Program-made: the position numbers and the translations under genes
In this document: in pieces, positions 24,306 through 25,793 of the stretch
Layout of the letters: the number at the start of each line of letters is the position of its first letter
How positions within the stretch are numbered: the first letter of the stretch is position 1
Origin: Myxococcales bacterium
Lineage (GTDB): Bacteria > Myxococcota_A > UBA9042
Assembly: GCA_037441385.1 (NCBI GenBank)
Contig: JBBISH010000092.1
Location: forward strand, 1-25,793
Direction of reading: 5' to 3'
Length of the DNA: 25,793 nucleotides
Notes under the pieces: model-generated
Told to the model about the DNA's origin: nothing
Databases searched by the model: none
Seen by the model: the letters and a program-made list of their open reading frames with translations, nothing else

Positions 24306-25793
24306 CTACTTGCCGCCGTTCTTGGCTTTGTCATCACCCTTGGCGCGGTCGTCGGCCTTGGGCTTGGCGTTCTCGGCATCGGTCTTGGGCTTGTACGACA
24401 CGGTGAACTTGCCGCGGCGCACGTTGGTGACAAAGGCCGCCGACGACGCGGGGTCCGTCGACGAGTCCGCGCTCACGGTCGCCGCCGCCTTGGGCAGGTT
24501 CGGGTCCTTTTCGACGGTGGGATACTCGTCGGGGTTGACCTTGGCGGCGTAGTCACCGGCTTCCTTGGACCACTTGTTGTAGACGCCCAGGTTGTGGGCG
24601 ATCTGGATGGCGTTGCGGAGCGCGGCCAGCGACTGCTCTTCGATCGGCGCGGCCTTCTGCTCGATGGCGAGCTTGTACTGGTCGGCCAGCTCGGGGAAGC
24701 GCTCGACCTCGGGCGGCACCGGCGCGTTGAACAGGTCTTCTTTGAAGTTGAAGTACAGCATGCCGACGCGGAACATCGACGCCGCCGCCCAGGCCTTGCC
24801 GCCGCTGGCCGCCGCCTGCTCGAACACCTTGAAGTAGTTGCCCTCGGCCTTCTTCAGCGCCTCGGCCTTCTTCTGCAGGGTGGGCAGCAGGCCCTTCATG
24901 TTCTTGACGGTTTTCAGCGTGATGGCGTTGAAGTCATCGTAGTCATACTCGGTCTTGTAGAACATCGCCTGGGCCACGTAGTAGGCCGCGGGGCCCTTGC
25001 GCGCGCCTTCCTTGTCCCACGACTTGATGGCGCCATCGGCGGCGCCGACCACGTCCTTGCGGTTCTTGACCGCGTCGGCGGTGCGCAGCGTCTCGACCTT
25101 GCGGCTCAGCGCCTCGACGTGCAGGTCGGGGCGGCCTGGGTACTTGGTGACCACGTTGTTGTAGAAGCCTGCGGCCTGCTTGGCGCCGTCGACGCCCATC
25201 TTGTCGTACACGTGACCCTTTTCCATCTCGGCGTCGGCGACCAAGTCCTTGAGTCGCTTGGTCTCGTCGTCTTGGCCCTTGAGCGCGTTGGCCACCGTGA
25301 TGAACTTGTCGTAGGCGGCCGCCGACTCTTTGTACTGCTGCAGCGCGTTGAGGATCTGGCCGGCGTTGATGAGCGCCTGCGCCGCGTCGGCATTGTCGCG
25401 GAACTTGGCCATGTCCAAGAAGGCGTCGGCCGCTTCTTTGAACTGGGTCATGGCTTCGTAGAGCATACCGACCTGGAACTTGGCTTCCGGCGCGATCTTG
25501 CTCTTGGGGAATTCCTTCACCACGCGCTCGTAGGTCTCGATCGCCACCTTGTCCATCTTCTGGAATTCATACAGGCGCGCCTTGTTGTACAGCGCGGTGG
25601 CCGCCATCTCGGGCTCTTCGGTCTTGAATTCGCGGAGGATGGTGTCGAACTTGGCGTGCGCCGCGTCAAATTCCTTTTTCTCGTACAGTTCCTGCGCCTG
25701 CTCGGCGACCGACACGGCCACGTACTTGCGCAGGTCCTTGACGGTCAGCAACTCCAGCTTCTTGCGCTTGAGCATCAGGCGCGACCATTCCTC
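24306..25793 (-). CDS. gltD: TPR protein, C-terminal part of a GltD/AgmU-like gliding protein; 5'-truncated
   Basis: Frame open to the window edge; TPR repeats (ALYNKARLY, APEAKFQVGMLY); GltD-type C-terminus FRVGMLY-x-x-F...NAPVP...Y...AAPIEEQ...A...YNKW...NPDEYP. Confidence 0.72.
   Translation of the reverse strand, partial: EEWSRLMLKRKKLELLTVKDLRKYVAVSVAEQAQELYEKKEFDAAHAKFDTILREFKTEEPEMAATALYNKARLYEFQKMDKVAIETYERVVKEFPKSKIAPEAKFQVGMLYEAMTQFKEAADAFLDMAKFRDNADAAQALINAGQILNALQQYKESAAAYDKFITVANALKGQDDETKRLKDLVADAEMEKGHVYDKMGVDGAKQAAGFYNNVVTKYPGRPDLHVEALSRKVETLRTADAVKNRKDVVGAADGAIKSWDKEGARKGPAAYYVAQAMFYKTEYDYDDFNAITLKTVKNMKGLLPTLQKKAEALKKAEGNYFKVFEQAAASGGKAWAAASMFRVGMLYFNFKEDLFNAPVPPEVERFPELADQYKLAIEQKAAPIEEQSLAALRNAIQIAHNLGVYNKWSKEAGDYAAKVNPDEYPTVEKDPNLPKAAATVSADSSTDPASSAAFVTNVRRGKFTVSYKPKTDAENAKPKADDRAKGDDKAKNGGK

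Overview
GC-rich bacterial chromosomal DNA whose gene content points to a Myxococcota-like (deltaproteobacterial) gliding organism; the taxon is inferred. The + strand left half holds a 5'-truncated Cys/Asp-rich MopE-type repeat surface protein, tRNA-Leu(UAA) with a sigma70-like promoter, an HrpA-like DEAH helicase, and a secreted C39-like peptidase with nine 6-Cys repeats and a MYXO-CTERM-like tail. A tiny secreted (AEKKAEK)n protein lies on the - strand between them. The middle holds a triple-domain DsbA-like oxidoreductase, a HEAT-repeat protein and a stand-alone arginine deiminase. The right half is a co-oriented - strand cluster: gltD(agmU)-like, gltE(aglT)-like and gltF(cglF)-like gliding genes. 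These are followed not by gltG but by three large lipoproteins built of Ig-like (choice-of-anchor D/ASH-type) domains, ending respectively in a YfaP/DUF2135-like domain, a MIDAS-bearing VWA domain and a PKD-like domain. This gliding-module-plus-adhesin cluster is the best candidate for an undescribed system. No mobile element or CRISPR array was seen. All family calls come from motif recognition by eye, not database searches.
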